From an uncultured Gaiellaceae bacterium (GTDB taxonomy: Bacteria > Actinomycetota > Thermoleophilia > Gaiellales > Gaiellaceae): 64,000 bases of DNA. This document shows, piece after piece, positions 11,168 to 20,359 of this stretch; within the stretch, counting starts at the first letter, position 1; every line of letters begins with the position of its first letter. A model generated the notes under the pieces. It worked only from the letters and a program-made list of their open reading frames with translations, ran no database searches and had not been told where the DNA came from. Location: contig CAVXIQ010000009.1 of the NCBI GenBank assembly GCA_963761905.1, positions 12,725 through 76,724 on the forward strand, in the 5' to 3' direction. A program made the position numbers and the translations under genes.

Positions 11168-11599
11168 GTGGGCGAGCCGCGACCGGCCGTCGAGACCGCT
11201 CTGCGGGCGCTTCGCGCTCGTGATCGCTCCGTTTTCGAGCTCGAGTCGCGCCTGCAGCAGCGCGGGGTAGGCACGACCGAGCAGCGCGAGACGCTCGAGT
11301 TGCTCGCGCGCCTCGGCTATGTCGACGACGAGCGGTTCGCTCGGTCGCGCGCGGAATCCCTTGCGCGGCGGAACTGCGGCGACGAGATGATCCGCGCCGA
11401 CCTGGAGAGCCGGGGCGTCGCGGCCGAACGAATCGACGCCGCGCTGGCGGGGCTCGAGCCGGAGCGGGAGCGCGCCGAGCGAATCGTCGCGAGCAGAGGC
11501 TCGAGCGCGAAGACGGCGCGGTTCCTGGCGGCGCGTGGCTTCTCGCAGGACGCGGTCGAGACCGTCGTTGCGCCGGAGGAGGCCGAGGCAGTAGACTGA
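11168..11599 (+). CDS. recX: Recombination regulator RecX
   Basis: Immediately follows recA. Three-helix repeat pattern LRALRARDRSVFELESRL, LARLGYVDDERFA, FLAARGFSQD. Confidence 0.85.
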   Translation: MGEPRPAVETALRALRARDRSVFELESRLQQRGVGTTEQRETLELLARLGYVDDERFARSRAESLARRNCGDEMIRADLESRGVAAERIDAALAGLEPERERAERIVASRGSSAKTARFLAARGFSQDAVETVVAPEEAEAVD

Positions 11600-11837
11600 C
11601 CAGGCTTCCATCTGACGTTTTTCCTGCATACCGCGCTTTTCCGAAACCGGCTCGAAACGTGTCCACGAATCCCCTGAAATCCAAGCTTCCCGGCGAACTG
11701 AAGGAGCCGCCGGCGTTCGCGTGAGCTGACGCGGAGACCGGAGCCGCGGCCCAGCAGGCCGAGCGCCGGATGTGAGCAGCCGCGCTCCATGGAGGGCGCG
11801 GGCAATCGAACCCCTCTTCCCGGGAGGTCGGTCGGTC

Positions 11838-13337
11838 ATGCTCACGGTCATCGCGGCGCTCGTCGGACTCCTAGCCGGGGCTGCGCTCGCAGCAGCGTTC
11901 CTGATCCTGCGGAGCGGCTCGCGCGTGCACGTGGTCGAGCGAGAGGCCGAGGCGATCCGCCGGGAGACGCAGATCGAGGCTCGGGAGCGCGCCATCCGGC
12001 TGAGGACCGAGATCGAGGACGAGGTCCAGACGCGGCGGCTCGAGATCGCCAAGGTCGAGGAGCGTGTGCAGTCGCGGGAGCGCGAGCTCGAGCACAAGCA
12101 GACGGAGGTGACGCGGCGAGAGCAGGGGCTCGCCGATCGAGAGATCCACGTCCGCGAGCTTCAGGAGGAGCTCAAGGCGGCGAAGAGCGAGTCGATCAAG
12201 GAGCTCGAGCGCGTCGCGGGGCTCACCCTCGCCGACGCGAAGCACCACCTGCTGGAGCGCTCGGAGGACATGATCCGGCACGAGCTGGCGCGCACCGTGC
12301 GACAGCTCGACGAGGAGGCGCGCGTCGAGGCGAAGCGGCGCGCCCGAAATCTCGTTGCCGACGCGCTCCAACGAGTCGCCGCGAGCCACACGGCCGAGAC
12401 CACGGTCAGCGTCGTCGAGCTGCCCTCCGACGACATGAAGGGCAGGATCATCGGCCGCGAGGGACGGAACATCCGCGCACTCGAGCACCTCACCGGCGTC
12501 GACTTCATCGTCGACGACACCCCGCAGGCCGTGGTGCTCTCGTCCTTCGACGGGCTCAGGCGCGAGGTGGCGAAGATGACGCTCGAGAAGCTGATCGAGG
12601 ACGGGCGGATCCACCCGGCGCGGATCGAGGAGATGTACTACAGCTCGAAGGCCGAGCTCGAGGAGCACGTCCGCCTCGCCGGGGAGCAAGCGGTGTTCGA
12701 GGCGCACTGCGGTGACCTGCACGAGGAGGTCGTGAAGGTGCTCGGGCGGCTCCGCTACCGGACGAGCTACGGGCAAAACGTGCTCAAGCACACGCTCGAG
12801 GTCGTCCACCTGGCGGGGATCATGGCGAGCGAGCTCGGCGCCAGCGTCAAGACGGCGAAACGGGCGGCCCTCCTGCACGATCTCGGCAAGGCGATGACCC
12901 ACGAGGTCGAGGGCTCGCATGCGTTGATCTCGGCCCAGTGGGCGAAGCGCTACGGCGAGAGCCAGGGCGTCGTCCACGCGATCGAGGCGCACCATCACGA
13001 GGTGCAGCCGCAAACCGTGGAGGCGGTGCTCCTGATTGCCGCCGACGCGATTTCCGCCTCCCGGCCGGGCGCGCGGGGCGAGAGCCTCGAGCACTACATC
13101 AAGCGCCTCGGCGCCCTCGAGGAGATCGCGACCCAGAAGCCGGGCGTCGCCAAGGCCTATGCGCTCCAGGCCGGGCGCGAGATCCGGGTGATGGTCGAGC
13201 CGGCCGAGGTGGACGACGACGCGGCGATCCTTCTCTCACACGAGATCGCCCGGGAGATCGAGGATCAGCTCGAGTATCCGGGCCAGGTGAAGGTGATCGT
13301 GATCCGGGAAAGCCGGGCGATCGAGGTCGCCAAGTAG
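11838..13337 (+). CDS. rny: Ribonuclease Y
   Basis: N-terminal TM MLTVIAALVGLLAGAALAAAFLIL, a coiled coil, KH motif GRIIGREGRNIRALE and HD motif LLHDLGKA. The start is taken at the ATG preceding the TM helix. Confidence 0.93.
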   Translation: MLTVIAALVGLLAGAALAAAFLILRSGSRVHVVEREAEAIRRETQIEARERAIRLRTEIEDEVQTRRLEIAKVEERVQSRERELEHKQTEVTRREQGLADREIHVRELQEELKAAKSESIKELERVAGLTLADAKHHLLERSEDMIRHELARTVRQLDEEARVEAKRRARNLVADALQRVAASHTAETTVSVVELPSDDMKGRIIGREGRNIRALEHLTGVDFIVDDTPQAVVLSSFDGLRREVAKMTLEKLIEDGRIHPARIEEMYYSSKAELEEHVRLAGEQAVFEAHCGDLHEEVVKVLGRLRYRTSYGQNVLKHTLEVVHLAGIMASELGASVKTAKRAALLHDLGKAMTHEVEGSHALISAQWAKRYGESQGVVHAIEAHHHEVQPQTVEAVLLIAADAISASRPGARGESLEHYIKRLGALEEIATQKPGVAKAYALQAGREIRVMVEPAEVDDDAAILLSHEIAREIEDQLEYPGQVKVIVIRESRAIEVAK

Positions 13338-13727
13338 TGGAAACGACGGCCGCCGCCCGCCGGTGGGCGGAGGTCTGGAGTCGGGCCTGGCCGCGCGCCG
13401 ACACCGACGCGATCGCAGCGCTCTACGCCGACGACGCGAGTCTTCTACTCCCATCCCTTTCGAGCTTCGCAGACGCCCGCCGAGTACGTCGCCTGGGCGT
13501 TCGGCGAGCAGGTCGAGGCCGAGTGCCGCTTCGGCGAGCCGGTGGCGGCGGACGATCGTGCCGCCGTGGACTGGTGGGCCGTGATCACCGACCGGGACGG
13601 CAGTCGGCAGACCGTGGCCGGCACCTCGCTGCTCCGGTTCGACGCCGACGGCCTCGTGGTCGAGCAACGCGACGCCTGGGCCGACGAGGCCGGCCGGCGC
13701 GAGTTGCCCGACTGGGCTCCGGGCTAG
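13337..13727 (+). pseudogene. NTF2-like (SnoaL/DUF4440-type) small protein, one frame break
   Basis: GTG overlaps the rny stop (TAGTG). AAARRWAEVWSRAWPRADTDAIAALYADDA is in frame 2; FYSHPFRASQTPAEYVAWAFG...DWWAVITDRDGSRQTVAGTSLLRFDADGLVVEQRDAW is in frame 3. The shift is near 13439-13442 and the length is 3n+1. Confidence 0.5.
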
Positions 13728-13739
13728 ACTGACCCGCTG

Positions 13740-15059
13740 ATGAGGCGGTACCACGTCACCACGTTCGGCTGTCAGATGAACGCCCACGACTCGGAGCGGA
13801 TCAAGGGGATGCTCGAGTCGCTCGGGCTCGGCGAGGCGCCCTCCCAGGACGGGGCGGACGTGCTCGTCTTCAATACCTGCACGATTCGCGAGAAGCCCGA
13901 TACGAAGCTCGCCGCGTACCTCGGCGAGGCGGGCGCCCGGAAGCGGCAGAACCCCGATCTCGTCGTCGCTGTGGGCGGCTGCTACGCCGAGGCTCAGCGC
14001 GAGCGGATCTTCGAGCTCTACCCGCAGGTCGACGTCGCCTTCGGGCCGGGGTCGATTCCGCATCTGGGGGAGTGGATCGGCGCCGGGGGACACGCTCCCC
14101 GAGGCCGCTTCGGCACCCACGAGCACTTCGCCGGCGACCTCCCGATGCACCGGGAGCGTGCGTTCAGCGCCTGGGTCCAGGTGTCGATGGGGTGCAACTC
14201 GAAGTGCGCCTACTGCATCGTCCCGGCGGTCCGGGGGCGCGAGCAGAGCCGCAGGCCGGGCGAGATCGTCGCCGAGGTGACGCGGCTGGCCGCCGACGGG
14301 GTCAGGGAGATCACCCTGCTCGGCCAGAACGTGAACTCCTGGGGTCGCGATCTCCGGCCCGACCTCGACACCGAGTTCGGCGAGCTCCTGCGCGCCTGCG
14401 ACGCGGTGGAGGGAATCGAGCGGATCCGCTTCACGAGCCCGCATCCGAAGGACTTCCGCGAGCCGGTGATCGCCGCGATTGCCGAATGCGACGCAGTCTG
14501 CGAGCACATCCACCTGCCGCTCCAGTCCGGCTCGCCGCGGATCCTGAAGGCGATGCGGCGGACCTATGACGCCGATCGCTATCTCAGCCTCGTGGCCAGG
14601 CTCCGCGAGGCGATCCCGGATCTGGCGCTCGGCACCGACCTGATCGTCGGCTTTCCCGGCGAGACCGACCTCGACTTCGAGCAGACGCTCGAGCTGGTCG
14701 AGGCTGTCCGCTTCGACAGCGCCTTCACCTTCATCTACTCGCCGCGGCAGGGGACGGAGGCGGCGACGATGCCGGATCAGGTGCCCGACGAGCTCAAGCA
14801 CGAGCGCCTGGAGCGCCTTGTCGACCTCGTCCAGCGAATCGCCGCCGAGCGGAACGCCGAGCGCGTCGGGCGTGTCGAGGAGGTGCTCGTCGAAGGATCG
14901 AGCCGCACCGACGCCAGCGTGCTGCGCGGACGCACGCGCCGGAACACGACCGTCAACTTCGCCGGCGCAGCGACGCCCGGCGAGCTCGTCGACGTCCTGA
15001 TCGAAGGCTCGAGCTCGACGACGCTCAGGGGCATCGAGCGCGCAGCGGTCGCCGCGTGA
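13740..15059 (+). CDS. miaB: tRNA-2-methylthio-N6-dimethylallyladenosine synthase MiaB (radical SAM methylthiotransferase)
   Basis: UPF0004 cysteines FGCQMN...NTCTIRE, radical-SAM motif MGCNSKCAYCIVP, and a TRAM domain at the C-terminus. Confidence 0.93.
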   Translation: MRRYHVTTFGCQMNAHDSERIKGMLESLGLGEAPSQDGADVLVFNTCTIREKPDTKLAAYLGEAGARKRQNPDLVVAVGGCYAEAQRERIFELYPQVDVAFGPGSIPHLGEWIGAGGHAPRGRFGTHEHFAGDLPMHRERAFSAWVQVSMGCNSKCAYCIVPAVRGREQSRRPGEIVAEVTRLAADGVREITLLGQNVNSWGRDLRPDLDTEFGELLRACDAVEGIERIRFTSPHPKDFREPVIAAIAECDAVCEHIHLPLQSGSPRILKAMRRTYDADRYLSLVARLREAIPDLALGTDLIVGFPGETDLDFEQTLELVEAVRFDSAFTFIYSPRQGTEAATMPDQVPDELKHERLERLVDLVQRIAAERNAERVGRVEEVLVEGSSRTDASVLRGRTRRNTTVNFAGAATPGELVDVLIEGSSSTTLRGIERAAVAA

Positions 15060-16081
15060 AGGTTCTCGTCACAGGCTCGTCCGGCCAGATCGGCACGAAT
15101 CTCGCCCTGCGCCTCCAGGCCGACGGCCACGACGTCTTCGGGATCGACAAGCGCCAGAACACGTGGCTCGACGGCGACGAGTTCCGCTATCTCCTCCAGG
15201 ACCTCTCCGGCCACTATCCGGCGTTCCCGGGCGGGATCGGCGGCGTCGAGTACCCCGAGACCGACCTCGTCGTCCATCTCGCCGCCCACGCGAAGGTGCA
15301 CCAGCTCGTCGCAGAGCCACACCGCGCGCTCGAGAACCTGATGATGACCTTCAACGTCCTCGAGTTCTGCCGGCAGGGACGGATCCCGATCGTCTTCTCC
15401 TCGACCCGGGAGGTCTACGGCGACGTCCACCGCTTCGAGGGCTACGCGGAGGCGACCGCCGACTTCGCCTTCACGGAGAGCCCGTACTCGGCGTCGAAGA
15501 TCGCGAGCGAGGCGTTCATCTACGCCTACGCGCGCTGCTACGGCCTCGACTACCTCGCGTTCCGCTTCTCGAACGTCTACGGCCGCTACGACAACGACCT
15601 GCACCGGATGACGCGGGTCCTGCCGCTCTTCATCCACCGGATCACGCGCGGCGAGCCGATCGTGATCTACGGCCCGGAGAAGGTGCTCGACTTCACCTAT
15701 GTCGACGACTGCGTCGACGGGATCGCCCGCGGGATCGAGGCTCTGGCGGACGGGCGCGTCGCGAACGAGACGATCAACCTCGCCTACGGCGAGGGGAACA
15801 CGCTCGTTCGCGCGGCCGAGCTGATCGGCGCTGCTCTCGACCTCGAGCCGCAGATCGAGACTGCTCCGGCTCGGCTCGGAGAGGTGACGCGCTACGTCGC
15901 CGACATCAGCAAGGCACGCGACCTCTTCGGCTGGGAGCCGCGAACCCCGCTCGACGCCGGCATCCCGGCCTCGGTCGCGTGGTTCCTGGAGCACCGAGCG
16001 GCGCATCCCGAGGAGGACCGGCTCGTCGAGAGCGAGGGAGCCGGCGCAGGCTGGAAGACGCTCGCCACCGAGCCTGCGTAG
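15056..16081 (+). CDS. NAD-dependent epimerase/dehydratase family protein
   Basis: Rossmann motif VLVTGSSGQIGTNL and catalytic YSASK. ATGA-type overlap with miaB. Confidence 0.88.
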   Translation: MKVLVTGSSGQIGTNLALRLQADGHDVFGIDKRQNTWLDGDEFRYLLQDLSGHYPAFPGGIGGVEYPETDLVVHLAAHAKVHQLVAEPHRALENLMMTFNVLEFCRQGRIPIVFSSTREVYGDVHRFEGYAEATADFAFTESPYSASKIASEAFIYAYARCYGLDYLAFRFSNVYGRYDNDLHRMTRVLPLFIHRITRGEPIVIYGPEKVLDFTYVDDCVDGIARGIEALADGRVANETINLAYGEGNTLVRAAELIGAALDLEPQIETAPARLGEVTRYVADISKARDLFGWEPRTPLDAGIPASVAWFLEHRAAHPEEDRLVESEGAGAGWKTLATEPA

Positions 16082-16838
16082 ATGCGCGAGCGGACGCTTC
16101 GCTGGGAGGGCTGTCTCAACGTCCGCGATCTCGGCGGCCATGCGACCGAGGACGGCGGCGAGACGCTCTGGGGGCGCGTGATCCGCGCGGACAGCGTCCA
16201 TTCGCTCACGGACAAGGGTGGGAAACGCTGGCCACCCACGGGGTCTCGCACGGTCGTCGATCTCCGCTCGAACGACGAGCGGGCCGACGACGCGTCCGGC
16301 AGCGTCGAGGTGGATGTCGTGCACGTCTCCGTGCTCGCCGAGACCGGCGATCCTGTGTATGCGGAGATCCGATGCCGTCGGCCGCAGCCGTCGAGGACGA
16401 GCCAGAGGCAACGGCGAGTCTTCTATCTCGAGGTGGCTCGCCGCTGGAGCGATCGGTTCGCCGCTGCGGTCGCGGCCTCCGCCGCTGCTCGACCGGGCGG
16501 GGTCGTAATCCACTGTCACTGCCGGCAAGGATCGCACGGGACTTGTGACGGCGCTCCTCCTGCGGCTTGCCGGCGTGCTCGACCGAAGCGACATCGCGGA
16601 GGACTACGCGCTCAGCTCCGGGAACCTCGAGTCCCGGTGGCATCCCTGGGTCGAGGAGGCTGCAGACGAGGAGGAGCGCGCGCGCCGCTCGCGAATGGCC
16701 GCCTCGCCGGCTGAGGCGATGCTCGGTGTCCTCGAAGGGCTCGAAGCCGAGCACGGCTCGATCGCGGCGCTTCCTTCGCTTGGCGGGGCCTCGACGAGGG
16801 AACCGTCGACCGCCGCCCGCGCGCGGCTTCGTGACTAG
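16082..16838 (+). pseudogene. Protein tyrosine/serine phosphatase family (Y_phosphatase3-like), frame broken
   Basis: LNVRDLGG...IRADSVHSLTD. The CX5R loop HC-TAGKDRTG is only readable after a +1 shift near 16515. A possible compensating -1/+1 pair lies at 16217-16247. Length is 3n+1. Confidence 0.7.
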
Positions 16839-17704
16839 ACGTCCTCGCGATCTTCGGCCCGACGGCGTCGGGCAAGACCGCGATTGCCGAAGCGGTCGCC
16901 GCGCGGCTGCCTGCGGAGATCGTCTCCGCCGACTCGATGCAGGTCTACCGCGGCCTGCCTCTCCTCACGAACCAGTCGGAGCAGCCCGCACGCCTCGTCG
17001 CGATCTGGCCGCTCTCGCACGAGGCGTCGCTCGGTGAGTACCAGGTGCTCGCTCACGCTGCGATCGACGAGATCCTGGCGACCGACCGCACTCCGATCGT
17101 GGTCGGCGGGACGGGGCTCTACCTCCGCGCCGCACTCGCCGAGCTCGAGCTCCCGCCCGCGCCGCCGCCGGGTGCGAGGGAGCGCTGGAGCGCGTCCTAC
17201 GACGAGCACGGGGGTGCCGCGACGCACGCCGAGCTTGCAACACTCGACCCCGAGGCGGCCGCCGCCGTGCATCCGAACGACCGCCGGCGCGTCGTTCGCG
17301 CGCTCGAGCTCGCGGAGGCCGGCGCCTCACTCCGGCCCCGGCACGATCGGCTGTGGACGAGGGAGACACGCCATCCGACGCTGATCGTCGGCCTCGACGT
17401 GGCGAAGGACACCCTCGAGCGACGAATTGCCGAGCGGACGGAGGCGATGTTCGAGACCGGGGTGGAGGCCGAGGTCCGGCACGCGCTGTCGGAAGAGCTC
17501 TCGGCGACTGCGCGGCAGGTGATCGGCCTGCGCGAGGTCGCGGAGCTGCCGCGCGGCGACGCAATCGAGGCAATCGTGCGGCGGACTCGTCGCTACGCCG
17601 CGTACCAGCGGAAGTGGCTGCGACGCATTCCGGGCATCGTCATCATCGACGCGAACCGGCCGACGGACGAGGTGGCGGATGAGGTTCTCGCCGATTTCAT
17701 TTGA
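16831..17704 (+). pseudogene. miaA: tRNA dimethylallyltransferase MiaA; the P-loop region has no in-frame canonical start, so a single extra base near 16840 is inferred
   Basis: VLAIFGPTASGKTAIAEAVA...SADSMQVYRGLPLLTNQ. GTG 16831 is in frame 1 and the body from 16841 is in frame 2. Length is 3n+1. Confidence 0.85.
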
Positions 17705-18461
17705 AAAATGGCACGCGCTCGGCAACAGCTATCTGCTCCTCGAGCGGGCCGAGCTCGGACGCCCGCTCGAGCCGGAGCAGGCGCGGCGGCTCTGCGACTC
17801 TCGCGAAGGGATCGGCGCCGACGGCGTTCTGGAGGTCGTTTCTGTGGAAGGTGCACGCGCCGAGATCGCGATCTGGAACCCGGACGGGTCGGCGGCCGAG
17901 TTCTCGGGCAACGGCACCCGGATCGCCGCGGCGTGGCTCATGGACCGGAGCGGCGCGGTCGCGGTCAGCGTTGGGGTGTCGGGACGCGACTACGAGGCGA
18001 TGAGCAGCGGTGAGGAGATCGCGATCGAGATCGGCCACGTCCAGGTGAGCAACCCGGAGTCGATCGTCGTCGACGGCGAGACGATCGAGGTGACGCCGGT
18101 CTCGGTGGGCAACCCGCACGTGGTGATCCGGCGCGACGCCGACCGGGACGAGCTGCTCCGGCTCGGCCCGCTACTCGAGCGGCACGAACGCTTTCCCGAG
18201 CGAACGAACGTCCAGCTGATACGGGTCGACGGCGCGCACGACCTGTCGGCGCTCGTCTGGGAGCGCGGAGCGGGGGAGACGTCGGCGTCCGGCTCGAGCG
18301 CCGTCGCGGTCGCCGCCGCCGCGATCGCGAATGGCTGGTGTGAGACCCCGATCACCGTCCACCTGCCGGGCGGTGACCTGAAGGTCGAGCTGGATCACGG
18401 CGGGAGTGCCACGCTAACGGGCCCCGCAGAGCGGATCTGCAGCGGCGAAACGGCCGGCTAA
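17679..18461 (+). CDS. dapF: Diaminopimelate epimerase homolog in which both catalytic Cys are Ser
   Basis: WHALGNSYLL, NPDGSAAEFSGNGTR, VSVGNPHVV, HERFPERTN, ERGAGETSASGSS. The ORF is intact (260 aa) and faces dapD-dapC-dapE. Confidence 0.85.
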   Translation: MRFSPISFEKWHALGNSYLLLERAELGRPLEPEQARRLCDSREGIGADGVLEVVSVEGARAEIAIWNPDGSAAEFSGNGTRIAAAWLMDRSGAVAVSVGVSGRDYEAMSSGEEIAIEIGHVQVSNPESIVVDGETIEVTPVSVGNPHVVIRRDADRDELLRLGPLLERHERFPERTNVQLIRVDGAHDLSALVWERGAGETSASGSSAVAVAAAAIANGWCETPITVHLPGGDLKVELDHGGSATLTGPAERICSGETAG

Positions 18462-19210
18462 ACGGCGATCTCGAACTCGCGCAAGACGTCGTTCAGCGAC
18501 GTCTTCAGGTCGGTCGACTCGTTCCGCTCGCCGACGATCAGGGCGCACGGCAGGCCGTAGGTACCCGCCGGGAACTCTTTCTGCCGGACGCCGGGCAGCA
18601 CCACGGCGCGCGGCGGCACGACGCCGCGCCGCTCGACCGGTTCCGATCCGGTGACGTCGATGATCGGCACGGATGCGGAGAGAACCACGTTCGGCGCGAT
18701 CACCGCGCCAGCTCCGACCCGCACGCCTTCGACGACGATCGCCCGCGAGCCGACGAACGCGCCGTCCTCGATCACGACCGGGCTCGCCTGCGGCGGCTCG
18801 AGGACGCCGCCGATCCCGACGCCGCCGGAGAGATGGACGTCCGCGCCGATCTGCGCGCACGAGCCGACAGTCGCCCATGTGTCGACCATCGTCCTCGGCC
18901 CGACCCAGGCGCCGATGTTCACGTAGCCCGGCATCAGAACGACGCCCTCCGAGAGAAAGGAACCGTAGCGCGCGATCCCCGGAGGAACGACGCGGACACC
19001 GCGCTCGGCGTAATCCGTCTTCACCGGAATCTTGTCGAGGAACTGGAGCCCGCCGGCGTGCATCGGCTCCACCTTCCGCAACCGGAAGAACTCGAGGATC
19101 GCGAGCTTCGCCTCGACGTCGACGACCCACTCGCCGTCGACCTGCTCCGCCACGCGCCGCTCGCCGCGGTCGAGCGCGGCCACGATCTCGACCGCGAGCT
19201 CGGGCGTCAC
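18458..19210 (-). CDS. dapD: 2,3,4,5-tetrahydropyridine-2,6-dicarboxylate N-succinyltransferase
   Basis: Hexapeptide-repeat body GAWVGPRTMVDTWATVGSCAQIGADVHLSGGVGIGGVLEP. GTG 19210 overlaps the dapC stop (GTGA). Confidence 0.88.
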   Translation of the reverse strand: MTPELAVEIVAALDRGERRVAEQVDGEWVVDVEAKLAILEFFRLRKVEPMHAGGLQFLDKIPVKTDYAERGVRVVPPGIARYGSFLSEGVVLMPGYVNIGAWVGPRTMVDTWATVGSCAQIGADVHLSGGVGIGGVLEPPQASPVVIEDGAFVGSRAIVVEGVRVGAGAVIAPNVVLSASVPIIDVTGSEPVERRGVVPPRAVVLPGVRQKEFPAGTYGLPCALIVGERNESTDLKTSLNDVLREFEIAV

Positions 19211-20355
19211 AGCACGTCCTCCAGGATCGCGACCGCGCGGGCGCACTCCTCCTCGGACGGGACGAGCGCGACGCGGACGTACCCCTCGCCGGCTGCGCCG
19301 AGATACGACCCGGGCGCGACCAGGATCCCGTGCTCGAGCAGCCGCTCCGCGAAGCCCTCTGAGCTCTCACTGGGGGGAACCTCGAGCCAGAGGTACATCG
19401 TCGCCTCGCTGCCGGCGACGCGGATGCCCTTGCGGCCGAAGAGCTCGAGCAGGAGCGAGCGCTTGCGGCGGTAGCGCTCGCGGGTCGCGGCGACGTGCTC
19501 CTCGTCGCCCCAGGCGACGATCGACGCACGCTGGACGAACTCCTGCGGTGCTGTGCCGACGGTGGGCCGGAAGGCCTTCAGGGCCGAGACCAGCTGCGGA
19601 TCTCCTGCCACGAAGCCGCTCCGGTAGCCGGTCATCGACGAGCGCTTGGAGAGCGTGTTGAACACCGCCACGTTGGTGAGATCGGCGAGCTGCAGCGCCG
19701 ATGCCGGCGGCTCCTCGAACCAGAGCTCCGTGTAGGCCTCGTCCGAGGCGAGGACGAAGCCGTGCTCTCGCGCGAGCCCCGCCAGCCGCTCGTAGAACGC
19801 GAGCGGAGCGACCGCGCAGGTCGGGTTGTTCGGGTAGTTGACCCAGAAGACGGCGAGCCGGCTCCAGGTCTCCTCGTCGATCGCGTCGAGGTCCGGCAGG
19901 AACCCTCTCTGCTCGCGCAGCGGCAGCGCGAGCGGTCGCGCGCCGGCGAAGAGGGCGCCGCGCTCGTAGACGGGGTAGCCGGGCTCGGTATAGGCCACCG
20001 TGTCCCTGCCGGCGTCGAGATCGACCACGACCTGCGGGAAGCTGAAGATCGCCTCCTTGCTTCCGAGCGTCGGAATCACCTGCGTGTCCGGGTCGAGCGT
20101 CGTCCCGAAGCGCCGCTCCGCCCAGTCGGCGATTGCCGCGCGCAGCTCGGGCAAGCCCTGGGCCTGCGGGTAGCCCATCCGGTCGCGGAGCCCGTCGACG
20201 AGCGCCTGCCTGATCAGCGGGTCGGTCGGCTCGCGCGGATCGCCCATCCCGAAGTCGATCACCTCGACCCCACGCGATTCGACCCGCCTGGCCGCCTCGT
20301 TCAGTCGGACGAACGGATAGGTCGTCTGGCGCTCGAGGACTGGCGAGATCGGCAC
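19207..20355 (-). CDS. dapC: Class I/II aminotransferase, succinyldiaminopimelate aminotransferase by context
   Basis: YPFVRLNEA, FGMGDPREP, NYPNNPT and SKRSSMTGYRSG (PLP lysine). Lies between dapE and dapD. Confidence 0.8.
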   Translation of the reverse strand: MPISPVLERQTTYPFVRLNEAARRVESRGVEVIDFGMGDPREPTDPLIRQALVDGLRDRMGYPQAQGLPELRAAIADWAERRFGTTLDPDTQVIPTLGSKEAIFSFPQVVVDLDAGRDTVAYTEPGYPVYERGALFAGARPLALPLREQRGFLPDLDAIDEETWSRLAVFWVNYPNNPTCAVAPLAFYERLAGLAREHGFVLASDEAYTELWFEEPPASALQLADLTNVAVFNTLSKRSSMTGYRSGFVAGDPQLVSALKAFRPTVGTAPQEFVQRASIVAWGDEEHVAATRERYRRKRSLLLELFGRKGIRVAGSEATMYLWLEVPPSESSEGFAERLLEHGILVAPGSYLGAAGEGYVRVALVPSEEECARAVAILEDVL

Positions 20356-20359
20356 GGGC

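Noticed and set aside
11790-11835. GGGCAATCGAACCCC upstream of rny as a possible tRNA or tmRNA fragment
   Set aside because: The stem halves are not complementary and the loop is not TTCGAAT-like. No cloverleaf can be folded.
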